A DNA stretch of 63,048 bases, filler included, from Lenisia limosa (lineage: Eukaryota > Protista > Breviatea), in NCBI GenBank assembly GCA_001655205.1. It is 12 parts of 12 records of this genome, joined end to end, with 100 filler letters (N's around TTAATTAATTAA, not from the genome) between each part and the next. Parts side by side here need not be neighbours in the genome. Positions count along the whole stretch, not along the records: positions 37,703 to 55,007 come from LPNZ01003695.1; positions 55,108 to 58,831 come from LPNZ01009768.1; positions 58,932 to 63,048 come from LPNZ01002876.1; 9 more parts are not named here. One strand, 5' to 3'. The position numbers and the translations under genes are program-made. The stretch's first letter is position 1. The number at the start of each line of letters is the position of its first letter. The notes beneath the pieces are model-generated. The model made no database searches and was not told the origin of the DNA. It saw nothing but the letters and a program-made list of their open reading frames with translations. Shown here piece by piece: positions 48,637 through 62,028 of this stretch.

Positions 48637-49930
48637 TCACGATTCATTGCTATTAGCATCTGGGTCGACATCTAACACACAATCAGGCTCTGGGGGGCAT
48701 AGCGAGAGTGCCATCGATGAAGTAGTATCCGACAATACGAAGCCCGGGTAGTCTAATAGGTCATTATAGAAAAGNNNNNNNNNNNNNNNNNNNNNNNNNN
48801 NNNNNNNNNNNNNNNNNNNNNNNNNNNNNNNNNNNNNNNNNNNNNNNNNNNNNNNNNNNNNNNNNNNNNNNNNNNNNNNNNNNNNNNNNNCTACCTCCAG
48901 CAGCAACCTCTGCACCTAGGTAAAGGGCACTCAGGTTTTCTCCATCTTTAGCTTCAGAAGGCTGAGCTGGAGGCTCGGATGGACTTGGCTCGGACATGGG
49001 CAAAGGTTCTGATATCACTGGCAGTTCTATTTCGGGTTGCGACGTGGGCTGAGACGGATGGTCTTCTGGAGTAGGTGGTTTATTGGAAGTGTTGTTGGGA
49101 GTAGCGAAAGGATTGATAGGGGCTTCAGTAGGTTGGGCAGCTTGGGGAACAAACGGCTCCTGGGAGGATTTGCTTTCGGAGGGCAGGTGCTGGACAGGTC
49201 AAGAATAATCATGGGGTGAAAGAGCGCGAATTGAGATGGTATTGAAATACTGGAGAAAGGGATCCCTTCCCACGTCTGATGAAACGGAACTGGGAAGCTG
49301 TTTTGGTGACAGAGAAGAGGGTGGAACGAAATTGGGGGTCTATGAGGAGTGACAGGTGGAAACGTTTAAATGCAATCAACACCAGCACCGAAAAAGGCCT
49401 CGCTTACTTGGTTATATAACTGGGCGGGACTTTGGAGGGGTTGTGGAGACACAAAGAGCTGAGTTGTGAGGTATCCTAGCTTTTTTGCAAAGATCGAAGC
49501 AAGCATCAGTAGTGTAAAGATGGTCTGTCAGCATTGCAATATACCTGCTATCCCAAACCTACCATAACGGGTGAGGGGCCTTGAATGACGACTAACGCTG
49601 ATTTGGCACCATGTATTAAGACTAAATATGATAATTTACTAAAAATCATGCCCATTGAAGGTGATCTTCATAGTTCATGGAGTTTGGCCAATCACACTTC
49701 ACAAAAATCATCCCCCCCCCCCCNNNNNNNNNNNNNNNNNNNNNNNNNNNNNNNNNNNNNNNNNNNNNNNNNNNNNNNNNNNNNNNNNNNNNNNNTTCCA
49801 TTCTCTGTGTTAAGGCTGCCTGTCTCTCCAAAAGAACAAGGAGATCATACCGATCGTGTTCCTCAAATATCTGAACCGTCAACCCAATATCTTCGAAAAA
49901 GCATTGTTGGAAATTGGTAGCCTCTTACTG
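48637..49930 (-). CDS. Spliced Pro/Ser/Glu-rich hypothetical protein (or C-terminal extension of the neighbouring gene)
   Basis: Long open exon HLPSESKSSQEPFVPQAAQPTEAPINPFATP..ALYLGAEVAAG; upstream VRGYQFPTMLFEDIGLTVQIFEEHDRYDLLVLLERQ; terminal ..DVDPDANSNES*. Confidence 0.45.
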
Positions 49931-50089
49931 GGAGAAGTACACCCGATATAGTGAAAGATGGCAAGTGCGCAAATAAGAACGATCTGGGTTCGTCAAATTA
50001 TAACAAAAAGGGTCAAAATAATATTTAGTTAATACCGGTAACGTACTCTGCCTAGTAAATCTAAAAAAACTAATATTTCTCCCAATCAA

Positions 50090-52743
50090 TGTGTCCATTT
50101 ACGTGAGTTCCTCCTTACTGTCTCTTTGGACGAAGTAGGTACGACAGCATATAGAGGAGAAGGAACGACTAGACCATGAGATCAATTTCTAAACAGCCAA
50201 AAGGCAGTGATTCTATATCATATGTAAACAATAATACAGGTGGTGGGGATGTATGCTTGATAGGGTACTCAAAACTTCGCCTACAGCAAGTTCTGGAAAC
50301 ACAACCGCAAAGTAGTTATATCGAACTGAGTGATGCCATGCGTAGAGCAGCGGACTAGCCAAGCTTAGGAGAAGAACAATCTAAAAAAGCAAATGAAACG
50401 GATTTTGTGAACTGAATCGGAAAACTGAGAATGTAAAACGATGCTCGTACCATATAAAGCAGAACCACTCGGAAGAGAACAATATAAAGAGTTGCTTTTT
50501 CCTTCAGTGCTTCCTGAGATGTTTGTAAGTTAAACATGATGGACACAATGAGGTGGTACAAATATGGAACACTAAATTGTTGTCAGCCAAGACCAGACCC
50601 ACCCTCAGTCGAGACGCACGCGGGGCGGTTGCTATCAACGCACCGGCACCTTTGAGAATGCGGATGTTGTACTTGACAGACGACAGGACAAACGGCATGA
50701 AGAAGAACGATACCAGAAGCAGCGTGAGAGTGTTGTAGCCCGACCTTGCAACAAAGAGTGTGACAGAGATGAGGAGCACCATGAGGCATAGCCAGACGCT
50801 TTTGAGCTCTCGCCCAGGGATGCCTGAAGTGTAAATATAAATACCCCACTAAAACGAACATTGTTGTGTCCCCGTCCTACTCCATCTTGTAACTTTCCAG
50901 CCCTTAGCCAAGATCAACAGCGTGGTGCTTATGAGGACTTCTGCAATCGCAAATGATATCCGGAAGTCTGGATAGTGGTGAGGAAGGAGTAGATGGTTTC
51001 GTAGTTTGGATCGTCAAAAAGAATTAACCAACCACCCACGGAGAATTCGTGTATCATCACAAACACCCGTCCTTTCGCAATGCCCCCAATAAGTCGACGC
51101 CATTATCACAGATATCGTCTACAGTAGTTATCACAGATATCGTCCAGAACTTATAACAACGCAATGCCAAACTCTCACCAACCTTTACCAGAGCAACAAC
51201 AACCAGTACCACGGCCACGAAAATAGGCGGGCGTTTCTCTCTTGCGTCCAATTGGCTGTCCACTGCACCGTCAACCCACATTCGGTCCTGGCTGTGAGTA
51301 GCGATGTGCGAGTCACCTGGACGGTCAAATATAATGGTGCTGAATAACAACAAAAACACAAATCGCCGAAGCTGTCTCCATACCCGCATTTGCTTCTGGG
51401 TCACTTGTCGGTGATTGCGGCTCTTCAACATCCCCTAAGAGAACAGCATTTTCAGTGTGTCCGCTGTACTTCCTGAAAGACATCGTAAAACAACACAATC
51501 ATGAACAATGTTACACTGGCAATTGGTAATCCACAACCAATAAATCTATGTATACATCAGCTAACCTGTTAGTTATAACGGACACCATTCTACAGAACAT
51601 GTACACCGTTACAATGACCCAGTAGAGGAGCATGATTTTGAAGAAGTTGGGAAGTGGGACATCTCCAAGACTAAACAGATAAGCGAATTGATTGAAACAA
51701 ATCATAAAAAAAAAAGAGTGCACCAGGTACCCTTGGTATGGGGGTTCGCTGTTCAACCCAAGAGCAAACCTCAGTTCTTGGTTGCCGGGGTTGAGAAAGT
51801 GATAGTCGATGGTGACATCAACAACTGTATTTTCGCTTTCATAACACGAGAAGAGCGCAAGTTGGTACGATGCTTCTTTGGGGATAAAGTAGGGCTCAGT
51901 AATGTTCTGAGAAGGTTAGGAATTAGAAAGCAAGTGAAGATAATGGGATACTGAGTGACAATGGCCCAGTAAGTTGTCATACTTTGCTGGTAATTGGCCA
52001 AGACTGTGTGCATTTGAGGTACTTCTGTCCACTGCACAGACCGGACCCGTAGAGCGAGTAGTACGACACGATCTGATTGTACTCCTCCGCTGAACATTGT
52101 GAGGCCTTTTTCCAACCAATATTGTGGGGTCGTGATTTTAAACCCACTGTACAATATCCACTCACTGGTACAGAGCATGAGACTTGTGGGGATATCACTG
52201 GGAGGAATCGGATCCAGAGTCACGTTCAGTGAGGCGGTTGCGCCTGAATTGTCAAAAAGTTGCAAAATAAAAAAAATAATTGCCTTCCACCATTATAATA
52301 GTCTTCATACCCCCTTCCAACCTTCAGCAAAACCAAAGGTGATGAAGCTCTTGAGGAACACGTGGTCGCCGATCTCAACATCAAGCATCCCAAGTCGGCC
52401 TGTTTGAAATGAGGGTTCAAGTAAAGTCAATACAAGGTTCATCAGAAATACAAAGCTGAATTCAAATAATACGGTGAGCCAACTGCCAATGTGGAATTGC
52501 TTGTTTCCCAAATGTACAGAGTTATTTCTTCATTAGCCACGGTATCATTCCCCCCTCGACTTCGGCAATTATGTCGGATGGACTGTCAGTCACTATCAAG
52601 GCAAAAACTGCGTTTTCAGAAACTCCTAACCTATATCTGTCCAATATCATTATCTTATACAAAAATCCAACCCAAATACCATACGACGAGCCAAGGAGGC
52701 TGAAGAGGACCAAAGCCCAGCCGATTAGAGTGACGCTTGCCAT
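50090..52743 (-). CDS. GOST/LUSTR-family seven-transmembrane protein (GPR107/GPR108/TMEM87-like)
   Basis: Signal peptide MASVTLIGWALVLFSLLGSS and a luminal domain, then YLFSLGDVPLPNFFKIMLLYW (TM1), VLVVVALVKVGESLALRCYKF (TM2), TTLLILAKGWKVT (TM3), FFMPFVLSSVKYNIRILK, ..LFRVVLLY and YLLRPK. Motif order matches the family as recalled. Confidence 0.7.
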
Positions 52744-52911
52744 GTATGACGCTGCTAACCACTAAATTAATTGACTAATAATCAATATGTAATCATTAAA
52801 ATACACATTCAATCAGGAAAGGGCAAATGATCGAAAAATTGAAAAAGGTCGGGCAACCGGAGTTTTATTATTTGGAATCTTTGTTTTCAAACCGACCTCT
52901 TGTGTTCCAAT

Positions 52912-54362
52912 ATGTCCCAGAAAGGTATGACTTCGATTTTTAAGTCGTTTTGTAAAAATGTAGCACCGATATGCCACCTGGTCTCCATCGAAGACAGCCT
53001 CAACCTGATGCCTAGCCTCCTCAAGCTCCACCCAACTGACCCTAAGGTGCGTTGGATTATTTTGCGTTCATTAATATTGGAATTTAGATTCTTAAGAAAC
53101 TTGAAGAGAAGTTCCTCCCACTCATGGTGCAAACCTTCTCCCTTGATCGCCAGCATTTCATTCTTGATGTCGGTTTATGGTGAATAGGAAGTAGTCTATT
53201 AATAATTTGGGAGCGTCATAATAAGGGCTCAACTCTTGATCAGTTGTTATGTGTTGTAATTATTCTTTGAAATAGGATGACAGTATTCCAGTAGCTAATA
53301 GTCAAAAAAATCAGGAAGAACATCCCTCTTCCATGAATTGGGCACAGTTGATCTTTTGTGGCAGATAGTTTATCCCCTCACACTGCAGGAGTTGATAGTG
53401 AGCATTCAGCCTCGTCTTGGGGACCCCATGAAGCCTGCCAAGGACCTAGACAGCCAAATGACGACCGCGGAATTCCTTGAGCAAGGTCTGACTGGACTAC
53501 TGGTTATTGCGTTTCAAAACGGAATTTACGTAACTTTGTTATAATATACCTGTTGATACTATAATTGATATTCCACTATTCCACTATTACCNNNNNNNNN
53601 NNNNNNNNNNNNNNNNNNNNNNNNNNNNNNNNNNNNNNNNNNNNNNNNNNNNNNNNNNNNNNNNNNNNNNNNNNNNNNNNNNNNNNNNNNNNNNNNNNNN
53701 NNNNNNAAGTGATTCAGATGGAAAGTTCTACACTGACATTCGTTACAAAAATATGGACATTGTCAGTTACATGGGTCTGGGGGGAGAGATTTCCAAAAGT
53801 TCAGACCATCAATCTAGTAGAAAGTATTGCTTTTCTGTTGCCAATTGATATATTATGATATATCACTATGTTATATAGGTGCCTGTTAGAAACTTAGCTA
53901 TTTTGATCAATGTATTGTATAATATCACTCTCTATATGCACCAACCGCAGGAGTTACAGTGTAGGCATGAGAGCCTCATATCTCTATGAGAAGGTCAAAG
54001 AAGGAATCGGTGGGTGATGATGGCGATTCTCTCAAACATCCGTGCCCTTTATTTGTTTGCAATTAGAGAAATATTAAGTATTCACACTGTGGGCTTCAAC
54101 ATATTTTTTTTGTTGGCTGACTGCTTCAGAGAAGTATGAGGGACTCAATCTCAAGGCCAAGGATATGCAGGAGAAGCTTGACGTTTACGCCGAGATGGAG
54201 AATCCTACTGACGACTGTGAGTTTATGAACTCTTTGCCTATCAGTATTATTTTTATAATTGTGGGGATAACTGGAGCAGATTTGCGTATTAGACGAATTA
54301 AAGAACTTGAGGAGGAGCTGGCTAAGCTGAAGGCCATCCAGAACCCTCCTGAGGAGAACTGA
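52912..54362 (+). CDS. Multi-exon hypothetical protein with C-terminal coiled coil
   Basis: MSQK|APICHLVSIEDSLNLMPSLLKLHPTDPK|ILKKLEEKFLPLMVQTF.. ELIVSIQPRLGDPMKPAKDLD.. EKYEGLNLKAKDMQEKLDVYAEMENPTDD|YLRIRRIKELEEELAKLKAIQNPPEEN*, with short GT-AG introns. Confidence 0.7.
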
Positions 54363-55107
54363 TTCGCACATGGGGTCGGGGGTGCAGTTGGAGTTTGTTC
54401 ATATTTCAGGGAAGGAAGACTTAATGGTTTCATTGTACAGTAGGTGTATATTAGAAGGTATGAAAGGTGTGAAATATATCATATGTTTCTTTCCATCGGA
54501 GGGATCAAGGTTGAAATAGATATCTTGGAAATTGGTTTGAAGAAGACTGCAACCCCCTTTTTGAATGTTGTGGCTTCTGTATTTGAGGGATCCAAATCAA
54601 TCTGTAAATGGGCGTACATATCTTGACGCCAAGTCAATAACCTCTACCGATAGGAATACATATCATATGCTATCATATCATATCATAGTGTATGCTGTGC
54701 TATCGATATGTAGTATCGATATCGGTATCCAACTGCTATATTGTGACCGGAATAAGTTAAGTGATTTACTTAATTGGTCAAGACTATCAGTCACACTATC
54801 AAATCAAATATGTACCTACATATCATAGTAGTTAGATCATATTTATGTAGTGTGTTGAAAATTACATGTAATTCCATCACCATGAAGGTATTTGCGGAAA
54901 GGGTTACACACAACACATGCCAACTGAGAAGAAATACAAATACATCATTAATTAAAATAACTACTAATCCCGGTTTACTCAGCATAATCCTCTTCTGTGT
55001 ACTCCACNNNNNNNNNNNNNNNNNNNNNNNNNNNNNNNNNNNNNNNNNNNNTTAATTAATTAANNNNNNNNNNNNNNNNNNNNNNNNNNNNNNNNNNNNN
55101 NNNNNNN

Positions 55108-57660
55108 TACCACATAATAGGCGTGCACACAAGCAGGAATGGTGCAGCTCCCACCGACTCGCCCGCCCTCCACAGCGATGGGTAGTCCTTGTACACGCCC
55201 ACCCCCACGAATAGTATTACTATTGTCCACGAGCTGATGAAGGATGGCTATGGGGAAGGGGAGTAATTGGAAAATTTACGAAACAATGAAAGCCCAAAAT
55301 CGACTCTGTTGGCTGACAACACACGAGGGTTGATAANNNNNNNNNNNNNNNNNNNNNNNNNNNNNNNNNNNNNNNNNNNNNNNNNNNNNNNNNNNNNNNN
55401 NNNNNNNNNNNNNNNNNNNNNNNNNNNNNNNNNNNNNNNNNNNNNNNNNNNNNNNNNNNNNNNNNNNNNNNNNNNNNNNNNNNGACAAATACAGGTAAAA
55501 TATCTATAGTTTTCGAGGTTTTATCGATACTTTCAGTGTTTTTTCGAACCGAAGTGAAGCTCTAGCTATATGTATATAGCAATGAGAAATAAAAAAAAAA
55601 TGTATCTGGCCGAAGCCACCCACACCATCATGCTTATAAGAAATATTGGATTATAGTATGATATTAATTCACTCAATCATTGCCTTACAACTCTGTGCAC
55701 ACAGCTCTAGCTACAATAAGGACTGATACGATGAAGATACTTCACGAACCGAATAATTGGAAGGTTCAAACAACAATAAAAACAAGCTGGTGGGGAGAGG
55801 GGTCACAAAATATCCGGTTTTATATTTAAGAATGCTGGGGGTGACTACTATCAGCAAAATCATTATGACAGACATGTATAATACCAATATACACTCTATA
55901 ATCAAGTCTGCCCACTCTACAATCAACCCCCCCCCCCACTCTATATACAGCTACAAGAATGACTGGGGAGGGGGGGTCATACATTCAGATAGCACACCCA
56001 TTCAGCTTTTACCCAGATCATGAAAAAACGAAACTTACATTCTTTATGACGTTACAATTCCACATAGTTTTCAGGATTAAGATTTTCATAATTGATGAAA
56101 AGGGAAAGGGTGTCACACCCCTAGCTGACACAGTACATCAGAAGTACAACACACAAACAAACAACAAAGGCTTCACAACGGTCCGAAAATGAATCTATGA
56201 ATATCGAGGTTTTATCTATGAATATCGAGGTTTTATCGAGGAATTAGGTCTTTTTTTGGGACCGAAGCACGCCCGACTTCAAAAACCAGTCTTACCAAGA
56301 AGAGTGAATGAAAAAGCAGCGTTGGTGATATGATGTACAGAAAAGTCATGGGAACACTGAGGGTGGTGAGGAAAATGAAATGAGGAAATAACGAAAGGGC
56401 AAATGAGAAATGAGAAACGAGAAAGACAGTACCAGATGAAAAGGGTTACAAATCAAAATTCATAAGTGTAACACGTATATGTAGGGCTTTCCTACGGTCC
56501 GAAAAAAAGAGGTAAAATATCAATATTTATCGAGGATTTACCGAGAAATTCAGTCTTTAATGGGACGTAAGGAAGCCCTACGTATATGACAAGGAGAACG
56601 TCCAAAGATATTCATTCCATCACCATATACATATATATGATTCCATATCAAGTTAACATAAACCCGAATCCCCCTCACAAACCTGGCAAATAGTATATCT
56701 CCCGTTTCGTCCATGATAAAGGCGTCCCTAATGATCACACCGATGATTGTCATTACCACCATGGCGCCACAGACAATAATGTGTGTTGCGGAGTAGACTA
56801 GATTATTGGTGTCAACCTTAAATGAAGCGTTGTGGCGGAATGTGTAAGGTAAGATATGTGTGGACTGGAAAGGATGTAAGATAGAGTGAAAAGTACATGT
56901 TAGAAATGGACTGAAATGCTGAGAATGAAGCGGAAATTTGCGTGGAGGAAACATACCCAAGCCATGTTATCGTTGCCAAATATGATCCGAGTTATTGTTT
57001 GCCTAATATAACCCGCGTTATTCTTGAGTTTGGGAAATAGATTCAATAAACATAAACAAGTGATTTTTGGGAGAGAGTAGGAAAATGAGGGATGCCAGAT
57101 GTGAAAAGCAAATACCAAACAAAGAAAAGTCTCTATGCGCGCATCTTACATCGTTTGAACGTAAGCGCCCATATCGCCAGTAAGCAGAGGAAGGATGATA
57201 CGGCTAAGGAAGCAAAATACTCAAGATAACCATCAATAAGGATTTTCAAAGACCCTCCAAAGTACAGCGAGAGACAGAGTAGCATCATGCTAATTCGGCT
57301 TTTATGGGTTTTATCCTGATCAGGTGAAAGAAGCCAAGAGAACGGCCAACCCGAAAAGCCTCACGGAATTGCTGCTCTATCAACGGGTCTAAGAATGTAT
57401 TCGAGAAGGAGGAGACGGAGTAAGACTCGCCGTCGCTAGGAGAGTAAGTCAAGTCATTCCACTTACGATTCTGAGAGGACAACAACGTTAGATAACTTTC
57501 CAGTGGTTACTGCGGTTCCACCAGAGGCAGCGGTTGTCAATCTGGAGAAATCTCTCGAAAGAGGTCGGGTTGTTGGCGTTTTTCTGGCGGATTGGACGTC
57601 ATCAAGCATTCTTCCTGAGCTTTTTGAACGCCCATCTGCTCCAAACAGAGAAGGAGGCAT
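55108..57660 (-). CDS. 5' part of a multi-pass membrane protein (3' truncated)
   Basis: MPPSLFGADGRSKSS.., ..SFSNTFLDPLIEQQFREAFR, then hydrophobic exons (HIIVCGAMVVMTIIGVIIRD, IFIVSVLIVARA, FISSWTIVILFVGVGVY). The layout resembles the N-terminal TM block of membrane signalling proteins (inference). Confidence 0.5.
55570..55702 (-). mobile_element. Repeat family F (~130 bp; representative copy), at intron 5' ends
   Basis: Gene-sense consensus GTGTGCACAGAGTTGTAAGGCAAATGATTGGGTGAATTAATATCATACTATAATCCAATATCTCTTATAAGCGTGATAGTGTGGACGGCTTCGGCCAGATAC.. Copies at 1845-1968, 2160-2220, 8176-8247, 9991-10064, 11146-11180, 24316-24462, 30505-30548 and 61440-61500. Confidence 0.85.
56482..56580. mobile_element. 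hAT-like MITE family B (~99 bp), subtype TAGGGCTTCCCTACGG
   Basis: TIRs TAGGGCTTTCCTACG../..CGTAAGGAAGCCCTA with a perfect 8-bp TSD cgtatatg (56474-56481 and 56581-56588). Same subtype at 20521-20617, ~31045-31140 and 60089-60188 (TSD ggttgatg/ggtatatg). Confidence 0.85.
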
Positions 57661-58354
57661 TGCTATGGACAATAAAACACGCCACCCTCAAAACTGATCA
57701 TCATCCTGTTGAAAACCAAACATTGTCTTTCAAAACCCTCTTCTGAACGATTTTTTTTATAACCAGCTGCGTCACGCTCCCACTGCTCCCACTTTAATAA
57801 CACCTATGATTCTTGCGAAAAAATTTGCCGTGGCCCGGTTAAAAACAAATAATTAAAAAGCGGGCCGGATTAACCCAGAGCTGCTAGAAAGAAATGGAAC
57901 ATTTCTGACATTTATCCGAAAATCCGAACCACCATTTATCTACTCGTCTCATTGTTATTATTACACAGCATTACAGCATTGTGTATATTTTATTACCATT
58001 ATTATGTCATTAGGCTATTAGGCAGTTATTTTTATGCATGAAAAAAAATAATAAAGAATGAAATAAGCTCCATTTTCATTTTCTGAGGTTCATTGCACCC
58101 TCTGAATTCTGATTTATGTACATAGTACTAATATTGTACTAATATTGAACAAAGTTGCAACCATGTCACCTCAACCCACCCCATGTACACAAGTTATTCT
58201 CTGTGCTATCACATACCAAGTAGTAGTATATGCAATGGAACAGGTGGGAAATAGAGACAACTCATGAGATTTAGAAAATTCTCACCCCATGCACAGATTT
58301 GGGGAAAGGCTAAGAAATGAATTGGGTGCAGAAACGAAGAAACCTAACAACAAC

Positions 58355-58831
58355 TTAGTCGTTTCTCCAAGACACGTAGACCTCGTCGGTACGGAAACTG
58401 GAGGGGGTGTAAAAAGAAGTAAATTTTGATGAAGAATGTTAACGGATTACTACGTTACTGAGCAAAATTTGAAATGTATGAAACAAAGTCAAAATTTATA
58501 AGGCTCTCATCATAGAGGGCTTTACTTCGGTCCAAAAACGATCTTTTCGCTACATCCTTGGAAACCGTCAACAATTAACAACAACAACAAAAAACAAAAC
58601 CCTCAGCGGAGTGCGCATCATTAACACCAACAATAAAACAACACAAACACAAAACAACACATCAAAACCACAAACACAATAAAAACATTACAAAATCCTT
58701 GAACATCAAATACCACGCAAAATCCTAGCCCACCGCTGTGTGCAAGTCAGGTTGCTCCACTCATGGGCCGGGCCGTTGTTATGCTCCAAGAGCCCAGTGT
58801 AGGCGATCATAGCTCCGTTGTCCACACAGTA
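58355..58831 (-). CDS. KAE1: tRNA N6-adenosine threonylcarbamoyltransferase Kae1/OSGEP, 3' end (last two exons)
   Basis: Exon 58831-58734 YCVDNGAMIAYTGLLEHNNGPAHEWSNLTCTQR spliced in phase to 58397-58355 FRTDEVYVSWRND*. This is the characteristic Kae1 C-terminal DNGAMIA..QRFRTDEV..WR motif. Confidence 0.92.
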
Positions 58832-58931
58832 NNNNNNNNNNNNNNNNNNNNNNNNNNNNNNNNNNNNNNNNNNNNTTAATTAATTAANNNNNNNNNNNNN
58901 NNNNNNNNNNNNNNNNNNNNNNNNNNNNNNN

Positions 58932-61900
58932 CTAGCCTTGCGATTTGCTCCTCTCGCCAACAAGATTCTCATGATCTTCCTCGCGGATGCGAACAGATTT
59001 GTGAGGGGGAGGTGGGAAGGTGCTGCGATATAACGCGGGCTTCACTTCGGTTCCCAAATAAACTGGGGAAAATATCGATAGTTTTCGAGGGTTTATCGAG
59101 TAGTTCCGTCTTTTTTCGGACCGAAATGAAGCCATAGATATAACATTTGTTGTGAATATTCTAGTATATTATGTGATATTAAAGCAGGGTTTCAAATGGG
59201 ACAGTTATCTGATCAGATATGGAAGAATAATGATAGAAGAATTGGCCTTCATTGGAGCGATTACTTGTATTGATAATAATTATCAAGTCGATTTTGAAAA
59301 ACGGGTAAAAGGCGTGGCTCACGTTCAATTTGACGCGCAATTAATAGTAGTATTGCTTCGGATATCCGAAATAAGTTTCTCATTTGAAACCCTGCTTCTG
59401 TATCCCTATGAAATTATAATGAGGTATCAAATCGGATCGGTTTTAGGGTTCACACCTCAGATCGGATCGGGTCGGATCGGATCGGTTCAATTTAATAAAA
59501 TGCTCTGTATCGGATCGGATCAGTTGGGATTTACTTTTTTTAAAATTGAAAATCAAAGGTAAATTATATTAATTGTGTTTTAAACACCAATTTTACTTTC
59601 TTTTGACTTTTGTTCAATACATAACTTGTTTTAATAAACCATCTATGTGTATTCAAAATTAATTAATAATTATTTGAACAGATATCCTTCCAAAACATAT
59701 TTAGTTCGATTCCTGCTGTAGCTTTTTTTAAGTTTTTCACCCACAATATATGCTTTTCTTTTTTCAACCGATCCCAGGTTCAAACAATGTTCTAGATCGG
59801 TCGGATCGGGATCGGTTGGATCGGATCCCAACCGATCTCGATCCCGAATCTATCCCGGATCGGTTCGCCGTAATACACTAGGTATAATATATACCCAACA
59901 GGGTATAATCCCCCCCCCCCCCGGGNNNNNNNNNNNNNNNNNNNNNNNNNNNNNNNNNNNNNNNNNNNNNNNNNNNNNNNTCCAGGAGAGTGAGCATTTG
60001 AAGCCGTTAGCGGCTCTGAGCGGTCCAATTGACTGCCGTATAGCGGGCGTACAGCGTGGGGGGGGGGTAATACTGAATGTGGTTGATGTTGGGCTTCCCT
60101 ACGGTCCCAAAATAGACAGAATTTATCGATAAATCCTCGATAAATATCGATATTTTAACGGTCTTATTCAAACCGTAGGGAAGCTCTAGGTATATGAGAA
60201 TGAGATAGTATTATATTCATATGTGTCTACTATATTAGTCCATATAGTATATGTACTATATGTGTTCAGATCTCCATAATCGCTCCCGCTTTACAAATTC
60301 CTGTGACCTCCTCTAGTAATAGGCCCGAATTTTTCTACTATCATAATATTCAATTTTCACTGTTTTAGGCAAGCCTGAAGCTCAGATGTCAATTATCGAA
60401 GTGGTACTTACAACGGGTATGGGTTGGTTTTTATTTTGTTTTTTTTCCAATTTCTATCATTTTGAACGTGCTAAATTTCTGACCGCCAATATCCCCAAAA
60501 ATGTCAAAACAATGTAATGGGAATTAAAACCTTTCTCAATTCCCTTGATGGGATGCAGTGTTGCAAAAGCGACTAGCCCGGGCTTTATCTTCAACTCTCG
60601 TGTATTTTTAGAGAGTTGAGTTGAATCTGAGCTTTTTTTGTGTGTCTCTCAAAGTTGTCATTTTTACTCCCCCCCCCCCCTATTATTTACCTCACTCAGG
60701 ATGTGGTGCAACCAAAGCCCAAAAAAGAAAGGAGAAAAAGCGAGAAAGAAAGCTATTGAAGGAGGAAAATAGTCAAGAAGAACCTCAACGCGGCAATGAA
60801 GGCAAGACTTGCGACTCAGTACCTGACCCTGGTATGCTGATGAAGGTGATGTTTAATATGAAAATCCCATAAATTTCTTCAAAGTTCAATAAAATTCCAT
60901 AGGATTCCCTTGTAAAATATGGGAATTCCAACTTTTTCACAAGAATCCTAAGTCGATGTGCCGTAGTAAAATTGTTAATTTCCTGGGCATGATAATGTGG
61001 AATATATGTACTATGGTCTGATGATGATGACTATTAGATATCAATGTGGTAATTGGGTATATCTTGGAAAATGATTACTTTGGATTGTATTTCCGTCGTT
61101 CATTTTACCCCCCCCCCCCNNNNNNNNNNNNNNNNNNNNNNNNNNNNNNNNNNNNNNNNNNNNNNNNNNNNNNNNNNNNTTATCATATTAAATTTTTTTT
61201 GTTTCTTTGGAGTTTCAGATTTTTCAGTTCGTGATTAGTACCTTTACGCCAATACTCTTCATCGAAATTTTCTTCGTTTTACTCCCCCCCCCCTTCTCCC
61301 AGCCTCCCTTTTGGTTGGCTCTTTTGGCTCAGACGACGACAGTTCGAGTGATGCTGAGGACTTTGATGAGGATGACGTGGCTCGAGGTTTGTTTGGTTGC
61401 TACATGTATGATCAAAACGGATGTGTATGAATGAACATTATGTTATAATTCAATATCTCTTAAAATCATGATGATGCGGACGGCTTCGGCCAAATACACC
61501 CTTGTTTTATATCATATAATGATAATGATAATGGTGATGAAGAGGTAAGAGGTTTGGTAGTGATGATGAGGAGGTTGTTTCAATGCGGAATGAAATTCTT
61601 ATATAAAAAAACCTTCAGGTTTCAAACTTCTTCTAAACGTGGTGAAGTTGTCAGCATCCGCCTGATAATTTAGTCTATTTCATTTCTCATTGCTACAGTG
61701 ACCGGGATAAGTCTTGACCGATTTTCCTTGAGAAATCACAAAGCAAATCGGTCAAGACTTCTTCTGGATATATACATGTAGCTATGCATGATTGTAAAAC
61801 TCCAACTCTCACCCCATTTTAGGACTGGCTGAGGTGACTGACGAGGAAATTGAACTGGATATGAGGGATGTGCCTGAAGCTACGTCACCTCATAAGCTTA

Positions 61901-61996
61901 TGATGACTCCTGTAGGTGGAGATGATAATGATGATGATAATGATGATGATGAGGATGATGATGATGATACTGATGGTAATGAGGATGATTATGATG

Positions 61997-62028
<32 letters not shown>

